In this document: one piece after another, positions 36,937 through 51,566 of the stretch
Layout: each line of letters opens with the position of its first letter
Numbering within the stretch: position 1 is the first letter of the stretch
NCBI RefSeq assembly: GCF_006345805.1
Contig: NC_043022.1
Span: 2,232,001 to 2,296,000, forward strand
Direction of reading: 5' to 3'
Source of the DNA: Octopus sinensis
Lineage: Eukaryota
DNA length: 64,000 bases
Notes under the pieces: generated by a model
What the model saw: only the letters and a program-made list of their open reading frames with translations
What the model was told of the DNA's origin: nothing
Database searches by the model: none
Translations under genes and position numbers: made by a program

Positions 36937-37147
36937 TTCTTTTACTTGTTTCAGTCATTTGACTGCGGCCATGATGGAGCACCACTTTAAAAGGTTTTAG
37001 TCGAAGAAATTGACCCCAGGACTTATTCTTTGTAAGCCTAGTACTTATTGTATCGAACCCTTTTACTGAACCACTAAGTTTCAGAGATGCAAATACACCG
37101 TTGGTTGTCAAGTGTCGGTGGGGAGATAGACACACACACACACACAC

Positions 37148-37189
<42 letters not shown>

Positions 37190-37196
37190 ATTATAT

Positions 37197-37227
<31 letters not shown>

Positions 37228-38311
37228 TATTACGACGGGCTTCTTTCAGTTTCCGTCTATCAAATCCACTCACACGGCTTTGGTTGACCTGAGGCTATAG
37301 AAGACACTCACCCAAGGTGCCACACAGTGGGGCTGAACCCGGAATCATATGGTTGGGAAGCAAGCTTCTTAACACACAACCACACCTGCGCCTATATATA
37401 TATATATATATAAACTTTACTTAGCTAGGGTAAATCCCAGGTGTTTCCTCTTGAAGTACACCTGCATATTCCATTATTACAATCCAATATGTAGTCTCTG
37501 TTGCTGCTGTATGGTTAGTGCTTATTAAAGTTTGAAATTATGGAAATATTATTTGCAGAGTTATTGTATAACAAACCAGTATGTTTCTCCATTACACATG
37601 TTTCATTCACCAATAGGAATTATAGGTTTTTACACATTAAGAAATTCCTTTAGATGGCTATTTATTAAATATTCTTCAGACAGAAATACAAATTTTACAT
37701 TTGGATGGAGCGTGTATATTTAGTTAATAATACGTATGACTAAATATATAAATATATTTGTAGAAATATACAAATATAAACTTGTTTATATCCATCTAAA
37801 TCAGTACATGATATTTTGCATACATAGCCGTTATGTGTATTAATGTGTGTGTGTGTATGTCTGTGTGTCTCTTTTCTTTTCTGTATCGTATTTGCTCTTC
37901 CTTCACTCACCATAACCATCTATACCGTTCCTGATTTCTAACTAAATATATACACTTCATCCAAATGTGAAAACTGTAATTCCTATTGGCAAATGAAACA
38001 TGTGTAATGGTGAATTGAAAAGTTTTCTAATTTCCTGTTTTGCTGTGTTTGTGTGTATGTATATATATATATACGCACACACATACACACACGACGGGCT
38101 TCTTTTAGTTTCCATCTACCAAATCCACTCGGAAGGCTTTGGTCAGCCCTAGTTTACAGTAAGAAGTCACTTGCCCAAGCTACCACACAGCTGCTCCTGC
38201 ACCTAGAAATTCTCCAAGGCGGTGCCACAGCATGGCCGCAGTCAAATGACTGAAACGATAGATAACAGAAAGGATAAAAGCTGTATATATTTATATGTAT
38301 ATATATATATA

Positions 38312-38474
38312 GGCGCAGGAGTGGCTGTGTGGTAAGTAGCTTGCTAACCAACCACATTGCTCCGGGTTCAGTCCTACTGCGTGGCATCTTGGGCAAGTGT
38401 CTTCTGCTATAGCCCCGGGCCGATCAATGCCTTGTGAGTGGATTTGGTAGACGGAAACTGAAAGAAGCCTGTCG

Positions 38475-38505
<31 letters not shown>

Positions 38506-38710
38506 TTGTGTGTCTGTGTTTGTCCCCCTAGCATTGCTTGACAACCGATGCTGGTGTGTTTACGTCCCCGTCACTTAGCGGTTCGGCAAAAAGAGACCGA
38601 TAGAATAAGTACTGGGCTTACAAAAGAATAAGTCCCGGGGTCGATTTGCTCGACTAAAGGCGGTGCTCCAGCATGGCCGCAGTCAAATGACTGAAACAAG
38701 TAAAAGAGTA
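38312..38710 (+). mobile_element. SINE family A, full length
   Basis: Near-consensus copy. Another copy at ~36022-36386. Confidence 0.85.
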
Positions 38711-39422
38711 TATAGTGCTGTTATTGGTTGGGTCCATTCACCCTTTTGAGTTGAAACTCGCCATGGTCTGTTTCACCTTTTCACTTGGGAATCCAACTTG
38801 TGCCAACCAGGCAAGTCCTTGGTTGATTTCTCCTTGAGAAAAATATGTGCCTAGGGGAGAAACTCCCTCTTAGTTAGTCTGATAAGGGGAAGGGTAGTAT
38901 TAAGTATGACTTTTATATGTCCCCTTCCTAAGGCTTGGGGTATCTTGAAGGTTGTACAGAGAAGAGGTGATGGTGGTGGGGCTGAAATGGTGTTGAGGTT
39001 TGACTTGGAGCTGTTATGGGTGGAGGGGGGGCAGTAAATATTTAACAGGCTGGGAACAAATGGGTATAGAAGTGGGATTAGTTCAAGGAGAATGAGAATA
39101 GGGGAGGTAGGTAGGTGGGTGGGTGAGGGGGCTTTCTTTCCTTTTATTTTGGCTGTGTGTGAAGGTGTGGTGGGTGCAGGAAAGTGGCGCAAGAGTGCAC
39201 CAGGCACCGCATTTTTCTCTTTGAAAGGTGCTTGTGTAATGCAGTATACATCTTATACATACATGCATGCATACATAAACACAGAGATACACATGCATCT
39301 GTGTATACATGTTCCTACATACAATATTCTGGCACATGTATGTGCATGTATATATAATATATATACTCTTACAGATCTACACACATGCATCTAGACATAT
39401 TCACTTGCAGCATTATCACGTG

Positions 39423-39456
<34 letters not shown>

Positions 39457-39899
39457 TTTATGTATATATATTATATATTAATATCTTTTATGTATATATA
39501 TTATATATAGATATCTTTTATGTATATATATTATATATATATATATATCTTTTATGTATGTATTTATATATATATATTATAATATATTATTTAATATATA
39601 TATTATGTATATATATTATATATATATTTTATGTATGTATTCTATATATATATATATATCTTTTATGTATATATTCTATATATATATATATCATTTATGT
39701 ATATATTCTATTATATATAATTATATCTTTTATGTATATATTCTATTTATATATATATATATATAGTCATGTATATGTAGATACATATATATATATACAC
39801 ACACACACACATATCAATGCGTATTCACATGCAACATATCATTTACTTATGTGTGTGTATATAATATAATATATCCACATACACATGTAGATACATATA

Positions 39900-39936
<37 letters not shown>

Positions 39937-39989
39937 TTTTGACCAACCCTATTTTCTTTCTCATTAACACACATAGTCTCTCCACCACC

Positions 39990-41520
39990 ACACCACACGC
40001 ACGCGCGCGCATACACACCTCCCGCTCCCCACCCGACCGTAATCTCGTTTTTCGTTGCCAACCAATTCGATAAATGTTGCCAAGTCGCTTTGACTAAGTA
40101 GTAGTAATAGTTGTAGCAGTAGTAGTAGTTGTACTAGCAGCAGCAGTAGTATTAATAGTAGTACTGGCTTTCCTCGACTGTTTCTAATAAGTTCCGCCGA
40201 CAGGGATTATTTTACTTACCTAACTACCCCACCTGGGTCAACCGTGCATGTATGTATATATATAATGTATATATATATATGTGTGTATATATACTTAGTT
40301 AACTCTTCTTAATCTATGCTTTAATTACAGGTAATCTTTATATATCTATCTCACCTTGTCGTTCTACAAGTTACTAACACAAAAAAAAAAAGAACAAAAA
40401 AAATAATAATGTTGTTGCTGTTATTCACAGGAGTAAATTTTTTGTTTGAAAAGATTTAATTTCTGTTTTTTTTTTCTGTTGCTTGTTTTTCTTGGGTTTT
40501 TATTTTTATTTTTTTTCATTTTTTTTTCTCTCGAAAGAACACCCAAAAACTAGCTAGGTGCGCGCGCGCGCATGTGAATGAGCTGTCATCGTCGTCGTCA
40601 TCATCATCATCATCAATGAAATAACCACCACCGATATAGATCAGGCAAAGATATAATATATCTATAAACAGCTTGCTCGTTTAGTTATGTATAAATAAAT
40701 ACACACACACACACACACACCTCTCACTCTATGTTAAAAATACACACACACCTCTCTCTGTCTCTCTCTCTCTCTCTCTCCTCCCCCATCATGGAGTTTA
40801 TTTTCGTGGCTGCTATTATTATTATCATTATTATTATTATTATTGTTATTATTGTTGTTGTTGTTGTTACCATCAGCTTTTAATTTTTCAACTTGTAACA
40901 TTCGCAGTCTCGGTACATATGTACTAAAAAGATCTTACCTGCTTACTACTAACTGAACAGACTCCGTTGTTGTTCTTGTTGTTGTTCTTCTTCAGAAATA
41001 ATTATTATTAAATACTGCTACTATATAAAAGAAAAATGAAACGAAATCACCTCCTCCCACCCACCCGTTCGTCTCCCTTATTTACCCCCCCACCGCACTC
41101 CCTTTTTTTTTTCTTTAAATTTTTCTTCTTTTTTTTTTAATAGTTTTTTAATCTCATCGTGTGTGTGTGTGTGTCTGTTTCCTTTTCCATTCGTTTGCCA
41201 TCTCCTCCATCCGCAACCATTCCCGTCTAATGGCATTATTACTGTGTTCTTGTTTCAACTCTTCTCTCTGCAGTGTTGTTTGTTTATGTTTTGTTCTGGC
41301 AATTTTCTCGAAGAGTAAAAAAAGAGAGAAAGAGAAAGAAAAGCCGAGAGGGTGGAGGAGGAGGAGGGGGCGAAGGAATGGGAGGAGGAGGTGGAGGAGG
41401 AAAAATCGATGTTTCGTTTTGCGATTTTTCGCGAGAATTTCTTTCTCTAGTTTCCATAATGGGGTGAGCTTCCTCGACTTTTATCATTGATCCCGATTCA
41501 GTGTGTTTTCGTTTTGGAAC
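39990..41520. promoter_or_regulatory. CpG-rich promoter-like region with outward-facing splice donors
   Basis: High CpG relative to flanks. Minus donors cag|GTAAGA (40939/40938) and tag|GTAAGT (40220/40219), plus donor ATGGG|GTGAGC (41463/41464). Confidence 0.45.
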
Positions 41521-41594
41521 CTCGAATCTCCTTTCATAACGCTTCAAGAAGGCCTTTTCATATATAAACACACACACACACACACACACAAACG

Positions 41595-41628
<34 letters not shown>

Positions 41629-41844
41629 CACATGGATTTAATGTTTGTGATGTCGAGTCATAATAAAAAACAGTTTTACATTATTTCACATTAAGCTGAA
41701 AGACTGACTTCTTTCAGTACTTTGTGTAGAGTACATATTTATTCTTTAACAAGAACGATGATGACTGTGACTTCGAAGTTGCGGCCTTTTTAACCTTTAC
41801 CGGACTGTCAGTGCGTACTTGTAAAAAGAATTTATATATATATT

Positions 41845-41879
<35 letters not shown>

Positions 41880-43229
41880 GTATTGTGTGTGTATGTATAT
41901 GTGTATGTATGTGTGTGTATATATATATGTATGTGTATGTATATGTGTGTGTATATATATATGTATGTGTATGTATATATATATATATGTATGTGTATAT
42001 ATATATATATATATATATGTGTACGTATGTATATGTGTATGTATGTATACATGTATGTATAAATGTGTATGTATATATATATATATGTATCTATAATGTA
42101 TATATATATGTGTGTGTGTGAGTGTATGTATATAGATTTGCCAATTTATTGGCTCTCTAAAGCATGAAACTATTTGTAGTTGTTTTCTAAATTGTGTATA
42201 TTAAATTATATTTATTATCTCTCACTGGACGGAGTATATTTCATTGATCCTACCTATAATGGCACCGTAAACTAAGATAATATATATAGCAGAAGCAACA
42301 CACACATTCTTTGTACGAATACGCACACACATATCTATCTATCTACATATACACTCACACGCGCACGCTTTCACACACCCACCCAATGTTAGTTTCCGCT
42401 GTCTTTTATAATTCCGTATGACCAATTCTTGTTTATAAGGAATTCAGTCAGACATCGACAGGAGCAAATGGGCTTATATTTGCTTTGTTTTCACTGGTTT
42501 CGAGACGAACCAGGCTTCTCTCCTTTCTATTGCAGATGCCTTTTAAAGAAATAAACCCACCTAGCATGCATTTGAACATACATGGTTAATGGAGAACATA
42601 CAAAATAAAAATGGCCTTTCTTTGTGATAAACTCTGGAACCGAAGAACTGTGTATTATTGATGTCGAGAATTTATATAGCATCACGTTTATACTTGAGCG
42701 AGGAAGCTTCTAATTGACGGCTTTCCAGCCGTGACCTTCATCATTTTCTTATTAATATTATCATTATTTTCAAATAGAATATATATATCTCTGGTTATAT
42801 TATCCAACGTATTTAACACGGTAGTGTATGATTCGAGTGAGATTTTGCTGTTATCTCTAGCACGTCTCGGAGGCCATGTACGACCTCCTCTAGCATTTAG
42901 CCAACATCTGTCATTTCTGATCCAGTTTGAGAAATTTTTACTATTTTTATTTTACTACACAAACAAAAAGGATATAATTTTGTCCTCACTGTGTTTCGTG
43001 TGTAAGATGAGATCAACATTTTTATTAGCATATTCTGTCTACATTTATATTCTGTTTATATTTTTGGATTCTCATATTTGTCTGACCTCAATACTCGCCT
43101 GAAAATACACACACACACACACACACATGTATGTAGTTTATAATTAGCACAAGTTACAGAGTAACTGGAGGGTTCTATAGTTTCGTGAATTGGCTGTTTC
43201 TGAGGAGTCACAAACGTCGTTTTTCGCTT

Positions 43230-43260
<31 letters not shown>

Positions 43261-43391
43261 CCAATTAAGGACTGAACACGAAAAGTGGACAGTCAACATG
43301 CTAGATATAGACGTCAAATCGCCATTCTCCACAAAGATTATGTTCTCAAATGAAACTCAGCGCAAAACCTTAAGCACAAGTCCTTAATTGG
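43261..43391. mobile_element. 131-bp MITE with 13-bp TIR in a TA tract
   Basis: TA|CCAATTAAGGACT ... AGTCCTTAATTGG|TA. Confidence 0.7.
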
Positions 43392-43485
43392 TATATATAA
43401 ATATTTTAATCTTCGGATTCTTTTTAATATGCTAGACCACTGGTTTTAATTGACTAATATCAATTTCTACCCTTAATAATTATAT

Positions 43486-43532
<47 letters not shown>

Positions 43533-43704
43533 ATTTGTTGTGTAGGAATAAAATAGAATTGTTTCTCTCTCCACCTGACTGTTTAAGTACCAATCGACGA
43601 AATTCTCGGCCCCCGAGTCACTCTGTAACTTCTGCCAATTACTGAAAACTATGCTTCATATATATATATATAATATATATATATAATATATATATATATA
43701 TATA

Positions 43705-43987
43705 GTGTGTGTGTGTATAGTAGGCTGTGGTAGATAGTGTATAGATATAATATATATAGATTGTAAACATGAATTATTGATGTATTGTATTATTTTGAAA
43801 AAGTGGGGGGCGTGGAGAGAGCGTACTTCTTATCATCATCATCCATTTTTCAGAATCTTGTGAGATTCTTCGTTTTGAGAAGAAAGAAATTCCTGTTTTC
43901 TGGTTATCTACATGGATCGTAATATTTCAAGTTTGCGAGGGTATATATATATATATATATATGCACACACATGAATGTATGTGTGTG

Positions 43988-44030
<43 letters not shown>

Positions 44031-44292
44031 GAATGTGTGTGTGTGTGTGTGTGTGTTATATATATATATATATATAAATTTACACACATACGCATGCATG
44101 TGTATATAATATACATTCAATAAACAATAAGCACATTTTGTTCGCGGTAAATTATAATGCACTTGAAATATTTAGATTCAAACACACACACACACACACA
44201 CATGTGTGTGTATATATATATACACACACGTGTTGTGTGTATGTGTATATATATATAGACAAATATAGTTATACATGTGTGTGTGTTTATAT

Positions 44293-44323
<31 letters not shown>

Positions 44324-44595
44324 ATAGTAGGCTGTGGTAGATAGTGTATAGATATAATATATATAGATTGTAAACATGAATTATTGATGTATTGTATTAT
44401 TTTGAAAAAGTGGGGGGCGTGGAGAGAGCGTACTTCTTATCATCATCATCCATTTTTCAGAATCTTGTGAGATTCTTCGTTTTGAGAAGAAGAAATTCCT
44501 GTTTTCTGGTTATCTACATGGATCGTAATATTTCAAGTTTGCGAGGGTATATATATATATATATATATATGCACACACATGAATGTATGTGTGTG

Positions 44596-44638
<43 letters not shown>

Positions 44639-44641
44639 GAA

Positions 44642-44683
<42 letters not shown>

Positions 44684-44925
44684 AATTTACACACATACGC
44701 ATGCATGTGTATATAATATACATTCAATAAACAATAAGCACATTTTGTTCGCGGTAAATTATAATGCACTTGAAATATTTAGATTCAAACACACACACAC
44801 ATGTGTGTGTGTATATATATATACACACACGTGTGTGTGTATGTGTATATATATATAGACAAATATAATTATACATGTGTGTGTGTTTATATTATATATA
44901 TTATATATATGTGTGTGTGTGTGTA
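43705..44925. repeat. ~607-bp near-identical tandem duplication
   Basis: taggctgtggtagatagtg at 43721 and 44328. The non-microsatellite parts are essentially identical. Confidence 0.9.
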
Positions 44926-45176
44926 ATATACATACACACCAACACAGCTATGTCCATACAATGTTAAAACCGTGTGAGTTGGGAGGGGACCAAATATGCT
45001 AATCTAGTGTCTTAACTCTCTGAAAACCCTGTGACTTATTTCACCAATTTAGCTGTCACGAGATATCTTGTGATCAGGGCTTAAGGTGTTGTTTCCTTAG
45101 AGATGTGGCTATTGTCTTTCTGTCTTGCAAGGAGCCTCCACTAAAACCTTTCTCCTTTTACCAACGACCTCTCTCT

Positions 45177-45212
<36 letters not shown>

Positions 45213-45370
45213 TCCAAGTATAGGAGTAAAATTAGTGTTATTTTTGCCTCTATACCTGACCGTTACTGTATGTTTTGCCTATGACATCCTACATATTTTT
45301 GTGATATTTTATTATGCGTACATATATATATATATGTATATACATATATGTATATATATATATATATATA

Positions 45371-45429
<59 letters not shown>

Positions 45430-46382
45430 CATATATATATATATATACACACATATATATACACATATATATATACATATACACACACACATATATATAT
45501 ATACACACACATATATATATGTATATATATATATATATTATGAATTTATTTTGTTTGAAGTGGAGCTAAGTTGAATATATTATATCTGTGTGTGTTGTTG
45601 AAGCGGGTGGGTGTGTATTTATTTAATTGATATAGTTAGCCTTAAAAAGAAAAAAACAAAAAAAAAAACCATCCACTTCCTGCTATTGACCTACCTATCT
45701 CGTGTTTCTGGCGTGCCGATATCGTCCCCACCCCACCACCAAACCCCCCCTCACCACCAAAACCCCCCTCTTGCCGCCTCTTATAATTTCTAGTTGAACT
45801 CGAGTTTTAACAATAAACAGCATTTTTTTAATTATTTTTATGCTGAATTTATTTTTAATGTGCACACACACACTTACATAGACAGACACATATAGTCGAG
45901 TTGACAAAATAGGTTGTTTTATTAGCTAGTAATTAAATGCTGACACTCCACTCACATTAGGTTAATTGTACTCGAAATAGCCACGACTACCACTGGTGTT
46001 ACTGCTGCTACTACTACTACTACTGTTGCAGCTGAGTTAAATATCCTGTTTATAGAATTGTACCTAAAACTTTATCTAAATAAGGCATTTTCCTTTAAAA
46101 TTCTGTTTTCGAATTCTAGAAGATAAAAGTGGTTTCGGTTTTTTTTTTTGTCTTTCTCTGAAGTGTGGTACTGTGTCTGTTACAAGGTTCATTGACTTTT
46201 GCTTTTCATCTTTTGAGAGTCGAGCAAATAAGTAGCACTTGAGGAATTCAAATGCCGCCGAGGTCGACTTTGCCTTTCATCCTTTCATTAAAAAAAAAAA
46301 GTGCTAAGGATCGATGAAAAATTTCAGACTTTGCACCTCTAGTAAAAAGGGTTATTATTATTATTAATTATTATTATTATTA

Positions 46383-46740
46383 ATGCGGTGAGCTGGCAGA
46401 ATCGTTAGCGCGCCGGGCGAAATTGTTAAAGGTATTTCGTCTGCCGTTACGTTCTGAGTTCAAATTCCGCCGAGGTGGACTTTGCCTTTCATCCTTTCGG
46501 GGTCGATTAAATAAAGTACCAGTTACGCACTGGGATCGATGTAATCGACTTAATCCGTTTGTCTGTCCTTGTTTGTCCCCCTCTGTGTTTAGCCCCTTGT
46601 GGGTAGTAAAGAAATAGGTATTTCGTCGGTCCTTACGTTCTGAGTTCAGATTCCTCTGTGGTCGACTTTGCTTGTCATCCTTTCGAGGTCGATAAAATAA
46701 GTACCAGTTGAACACTGAAGTCGATATAATCGATTTACCC
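46383..46740 (+). mobile_element. tRNA-derived SINE family B (with duplicated body)
   Basis: gcggtgagctggcagaatcgttag...gagttcaaattcc head and central gcctttcatcctttcggggtcgataaaataagtaccag. Minus copies at ~1022-1140, 4345-4680, 5360-5560, 61585-61810. Confidence 0.8.
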
Positions 46741-47983
46741 TTCCTACATAATCCCAGGCCTTGTGCGTATAAAGGATCGTCAATAAAATTCGCCAGATCA
46801 TCATCATCATCATCATATATCTATCAGCTTAAGGTTATTGTCTGATGCTGATAGAAAAGAATATCGACATGTTTACCATGACCACCACAGCTGTTTATGA
46901 AAATTTAAATCTCATCAGATCTGATCTTGAAAAAAAAAACAAAATTAATTAGCAACTTGCAACAAGAACCTGATTGTCTAGTTTAAAAACCAGGTTAACT
47001 TCTAAAGTCTCTTCCCTTTTATTTAACAACTTCAACTTATATATACACACACACACAAACAAACAAACTGGAAGTGTATAATTCCAGTGTAAAATATTTG
47101 TTGACATGTAGGCAGTTCTATTTTAGTTTTTAAAAGACAGAGTTTTTCATTTTATTTATGAGTTACCATTGTTAACAATTCTGTTATGTTAGTATGGTAT
47201 TGTAATTCTGTTGGTATTAGGCATTGTTGGTTATAAGCTGAGAAGAAAGCATTTCTCTTTGTGTAACTAACATTAGTTTTTACCCTCTAAATTGGTATTC
47301 TCTTTTTTTCTATTTTTACTTGTTTCAGTCATTTTGACTACGGCCATGCTGGTGCACCGCCTTTAATCAAGCAACTCGACCCCGGGACTTATTCTTTGTA
47401 AGCCCAGTACTTTTGTCGAACCGCTAAGTGACGGGGACATAAACACACCAGCATCGGTTGTCAAGCAATGCTAGGGGGACAAACACAGACACATAAACAT
47501 ACATGCACATACATATATACGACGGGCTTCTTTCAGTTTCCGTTTACCAAATCCTCTCACAAGGCTTTGGTCGGCCCGAGTCTATAGTAGAAGACACTTG
47601 CCCAAGGTGCCACGCAGTGGGACTGAACCCGGAACCATGTGGTTGGTAAACAAGCTACTCCCATGCCTATGATGAGACCTGTGTTTCAGTGGCTGGATGC
47701 TCTTCCAGTTGCCAAACTTGGGTGTGGTTAAGAAATTTGCTTCCTAACTACATCGTTTTGAGTCAAATGATGGAAACCAGTAAAAGATTATGGTTCCGGG
47801 TTCAGTCTCACTGCTTGGCACTTTAGCCACGTGTTTTCTACTATAGCCTCAGGCCGACCAAAACCTTGTGAGTGGATTTAATAAATGGAAATTAAAGAAT
47901 CCCATTGTATATACACTGTGTCTATATAGTTATGGTGGGATTTCAAAATTATTGATGTAACTTGCAATGTGTGTGTGTGTATA

Positions 47984-48344
47984 TCTCTCTAAACAGCAAA
48001 ATGTCTGTCTGTGTGTGTGTATCCTTTATACAAATCCACAATTTTTCAGATAGAGGGCTCGCACTTTCTATGGTCATTCAAAACCGTTCAAGGGTGGTCA
48101 TGCACATCTTTACATTTCCCCAGTCATCCCACAAAACCATTAAAAAATCAATAGAAGTGACTTTTTTGGGAATTTTCTATCCAAAACCCAATCAAAATGC
48201 TCCAAACTTGATATGCCAATTGAATGCCAGCTAGCTGTATGTGATTGGTCGGAGATTTGGACAGTACTCGCATGTATGCGCACGCATGCAGCTGTATATG
48301 CATGCACTAGCACTATGACCCAGCGTTGCTGGGTCATAGTGCTA

Positions 48345-48345
<1 letters not shown>
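47984..48345 (+). mobile_element. Non-autonomous Helitron (second family)
   Basis: A|TC start followed by aaaatgtctgtctgtgtg. 3' palindrome ending CTAG|T. Confidence 0.65.
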
Positions 48346-48378
<33 letters not shown>

Positions 48379-51279
48379 CCATAAGCAGGTTTAACACTTG
48401 GGAAGAATGGAAAAGTCTTTTACATTTCGAGCCTATGCTGTTCAACAGAAAGAATTAAGAGGGGGAAAAAATGGAGAGAGAATGAAAAAAAATGTATAGA
48501 GATTAACAGTTTCAACATGATGAAATATTTATATATATATATGTGTGTGTGTGTTAATGCTTGTGTTTTTGTCCCTGTAACTTATCAGTTTAGCAAGAGA
48601 CTGGTAGAATAAAATGATGTAGTTAGCTTAAAAGAAAAAAAAAATGTACCGGAGTCAATTCTTTCGACTAAAAACTCAGTGCAGTGCTCCATTATGGCCG
48701 CAGTCTAATGACTGAAAGGAGTAAAGGATAAACGAAATATAGAAATTCAAAGAAAGAGCAGCTTTGAGAATTTTACACTTGAAAAGCGTACAAGACAGTT
48801 GTTATGTCCTTGGCAGGAGAACGGCTTCCATGTACCTCCTCACACATGCATTCTGCAATAAAATCAATCGAGGCAGGAGCTTTGTATTGAAGTTTGAAAA
48901 CTGTTATCACAAAGTGCATTTATTGAACAAATGTTGTTAGATGCTGGCTGGTCTTCATATTTAACAATCAATCATTCGTCATTGATTAAATTTTCAAGCA
49001 CTCAGTCCATTTTCAGTTATATTAATTTAAGCCAGTCAAGATTAGATTAATTAATTCAAAGTAGTTTTGTCCACCCCTGCTCCATTTTTCCAATACCAAT
49101 ATTTCTTTTGTTTAGTAGATAAATTGAATTTAATTTCTGAAATCATTATCATCATCAGAAAAATTGAAAATGAAAATAATATTTTTATTTTTTTTTTGTG
49201 TGTGTGTGTGAACTAAAATTATTAATATTTGTATCATAGCAACAAATTGGAGATCAGTGATAATGGTGGATTAACCCTCTAGCATATCCAGCCCAAATAT
49301 ATTCTGTATATATGTTCAGTCTATCCAGATCCAGCCTCTCACACTTAGCCAATCATGTCATTATAAAAATAAACACATCATTGAAATCTCAAAGCTATGA
49401 AATTCTTTTACTTGTCTCAGTCATTTGATTGTGGCCTTGCGGGAGCACGGCCTGGAAGGGTTTTATTCAAACAAATCAACCCTGGGACTTATTTTTTATT
49501 TTTAAAGCCCAGTACTTATTCAATTGGACTCTTTTGCCGGACCACTAAGTTTGGTGGGGTGTTGTGTAAACACTAATACCAGTTGTCAATCAATGATGGG
49601 GGGCAGAGACAGACACACACATATATATACATCAGGTTTCTTTCAGCTTCTATCTACCAAATCCACTCGCAAGGCTTTGGTCAGCCTCAGGGTATAGTAG
49701 AAGACACTTACCCAAGGTGCTTGCTACACAGTGGGACTGAACCTGGAACCATGTGGTTGGGAAGCAATTACATTTGAGAGAATAATCTGAACATTAAAGG
49801 GTTGGATCTATTACACCTAGCCTAAACATTCTGTTTGTCTTAAGTTCAAACTGACCAGATCCAACTTCTCATACCTGCCCTACAGTGTCATTCTAAAAAT
49901 AAGTGATTACATCATTGAAATCTCAAAGCCACGAAATAATGCATGATTAATTCAAAACGATGTGAGTCAATAAGCATTATTTGACAGAGTAGTCTGAATG
50001 TGAGGGTGCACGGCTTGGTGGTTAGCGTATTGCACTCACAATCTAGCAATCGTGATTTCAATTCCTAGACCAGGCAATGCACTGTGTTCTTGATCAGAAC
50101 ACTTCATCTCACCTTGTTTTGCAATCACTTTGACACCTGATGCATGGTACACCTGTGCACCTGTTCAGACAACGTTGATTTGATAGAGAGAGTGAGCTAA
50201 CGTGTGGCACGAGAATTTGACCACTATAAACAAATCATTTGTGTGGGTCATTCAGCAGAAGCTGAATGCTCATACATCATCTTCAAGGGGAGAGTCCATC
50301 AGTCTGAAAGTTAAAGGGTTAAATTGACTGAGTTTGATTTGCATTTAGTTTACTAACCTGGAAGGACGAATAGCAAAGTTGACTCCTAAAGGAAATTAAA
50401 CTCAGAATATAGAGGGACAATTACATACTGGTGGATCCTTGAGGAAAAGAGAGGGTTTGAGATCACCACACCAGCGTGGCTATATGGTTAAGAAGTTCAC
50501 TTTGAAACAATGTCGTCTTGGGTTCAATCACACTTCACACCATGTTCAGCAAATGTTTTACCATAAGACCCCCATGCTGATTGGATGTCTTATAGGTGGA
50601 TTTAGTTGACTGAAACTGTGCTGAAGCCTGTCATGTATGTGTGTGTGTATCTAAATTAGTACGTCTTAAACTTTTTTCTTTCATGACCCCATTTTTCATT
50701 GCAAGATTTTTCACAACCGCAGGTATTAAATGTGTTTGTGAAATAACATAAACTGAAATTCTAGTGTTTGAATTTAATTTTTGTGACCCCAGCATTTTGC
50801 TTTGTCGCCCCAAATGGGGTTGCAACCCATAGCTTAAGAAGCACTGATCTAAATGATTGTATTTGTCACTCTCCATAACTTGTTTTGTTGATAACACTTG
50901 ACATCTGGTATCTGTGTAATTCGTGGAATAAATATCGAACTTTAAATATTGGAGGTTTAATTTGATTGATTAAAATGCTTCAATGAATGGCTGCAGTATG
51001 TCCGCAGTCCAATGACTGAAAATCACCATCTTCATCATCATCATCGTTTCAACATCCACTTTCTCAAGCTTTGTACGGATCAGATGGAGCTTATTAAGAC
51101 AGACTTTCTACGTCAGGATCCCCTTCCCCATCGTGAGCCCTCATCTATTTCCAAGCAAGGGTAATATTTCCCCATGACTGGGCCTGTTTTGGGGGGAAGA
51201 TTGGAAACAAGCGACAATGTGCATTAGCAACTTACCACATTATCAGAATGCGAAAACTCAGATACCTGCATACACACAC

Positions 51280-51558
51280 CAGTGGTTTTCAACCATCTTT
51301 TGTCTCTGGGTCTCTTTGATTACTGTTTTACCCTGGTGGACCCCCTCCCTTATCCTCACCAAATGGCTATGGGATTTAAAATTCTAATTTTGTTTTTTAC
51401 ACATTCACTTGCATAGGCTGAACTATGTAAAACGTTAAAGCTAGCAGTTTCTTGCAATAGACATATCCCGAGCAAAATTTTTTCACAGACCCTTAAAATA
51501 CTACTGTGGATCCCCAATTTACTATTTGGCTTGTTTGGACCCCAGATGAGAACCACTG
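51280..51558. mobile_element. hAT-like MITE
   Basis: cagtggttttcaac ... gagaaccactg termini. The TSD is not clear. Confidence 0.55.
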
Positions 51559-51566
51559 ACATATAT

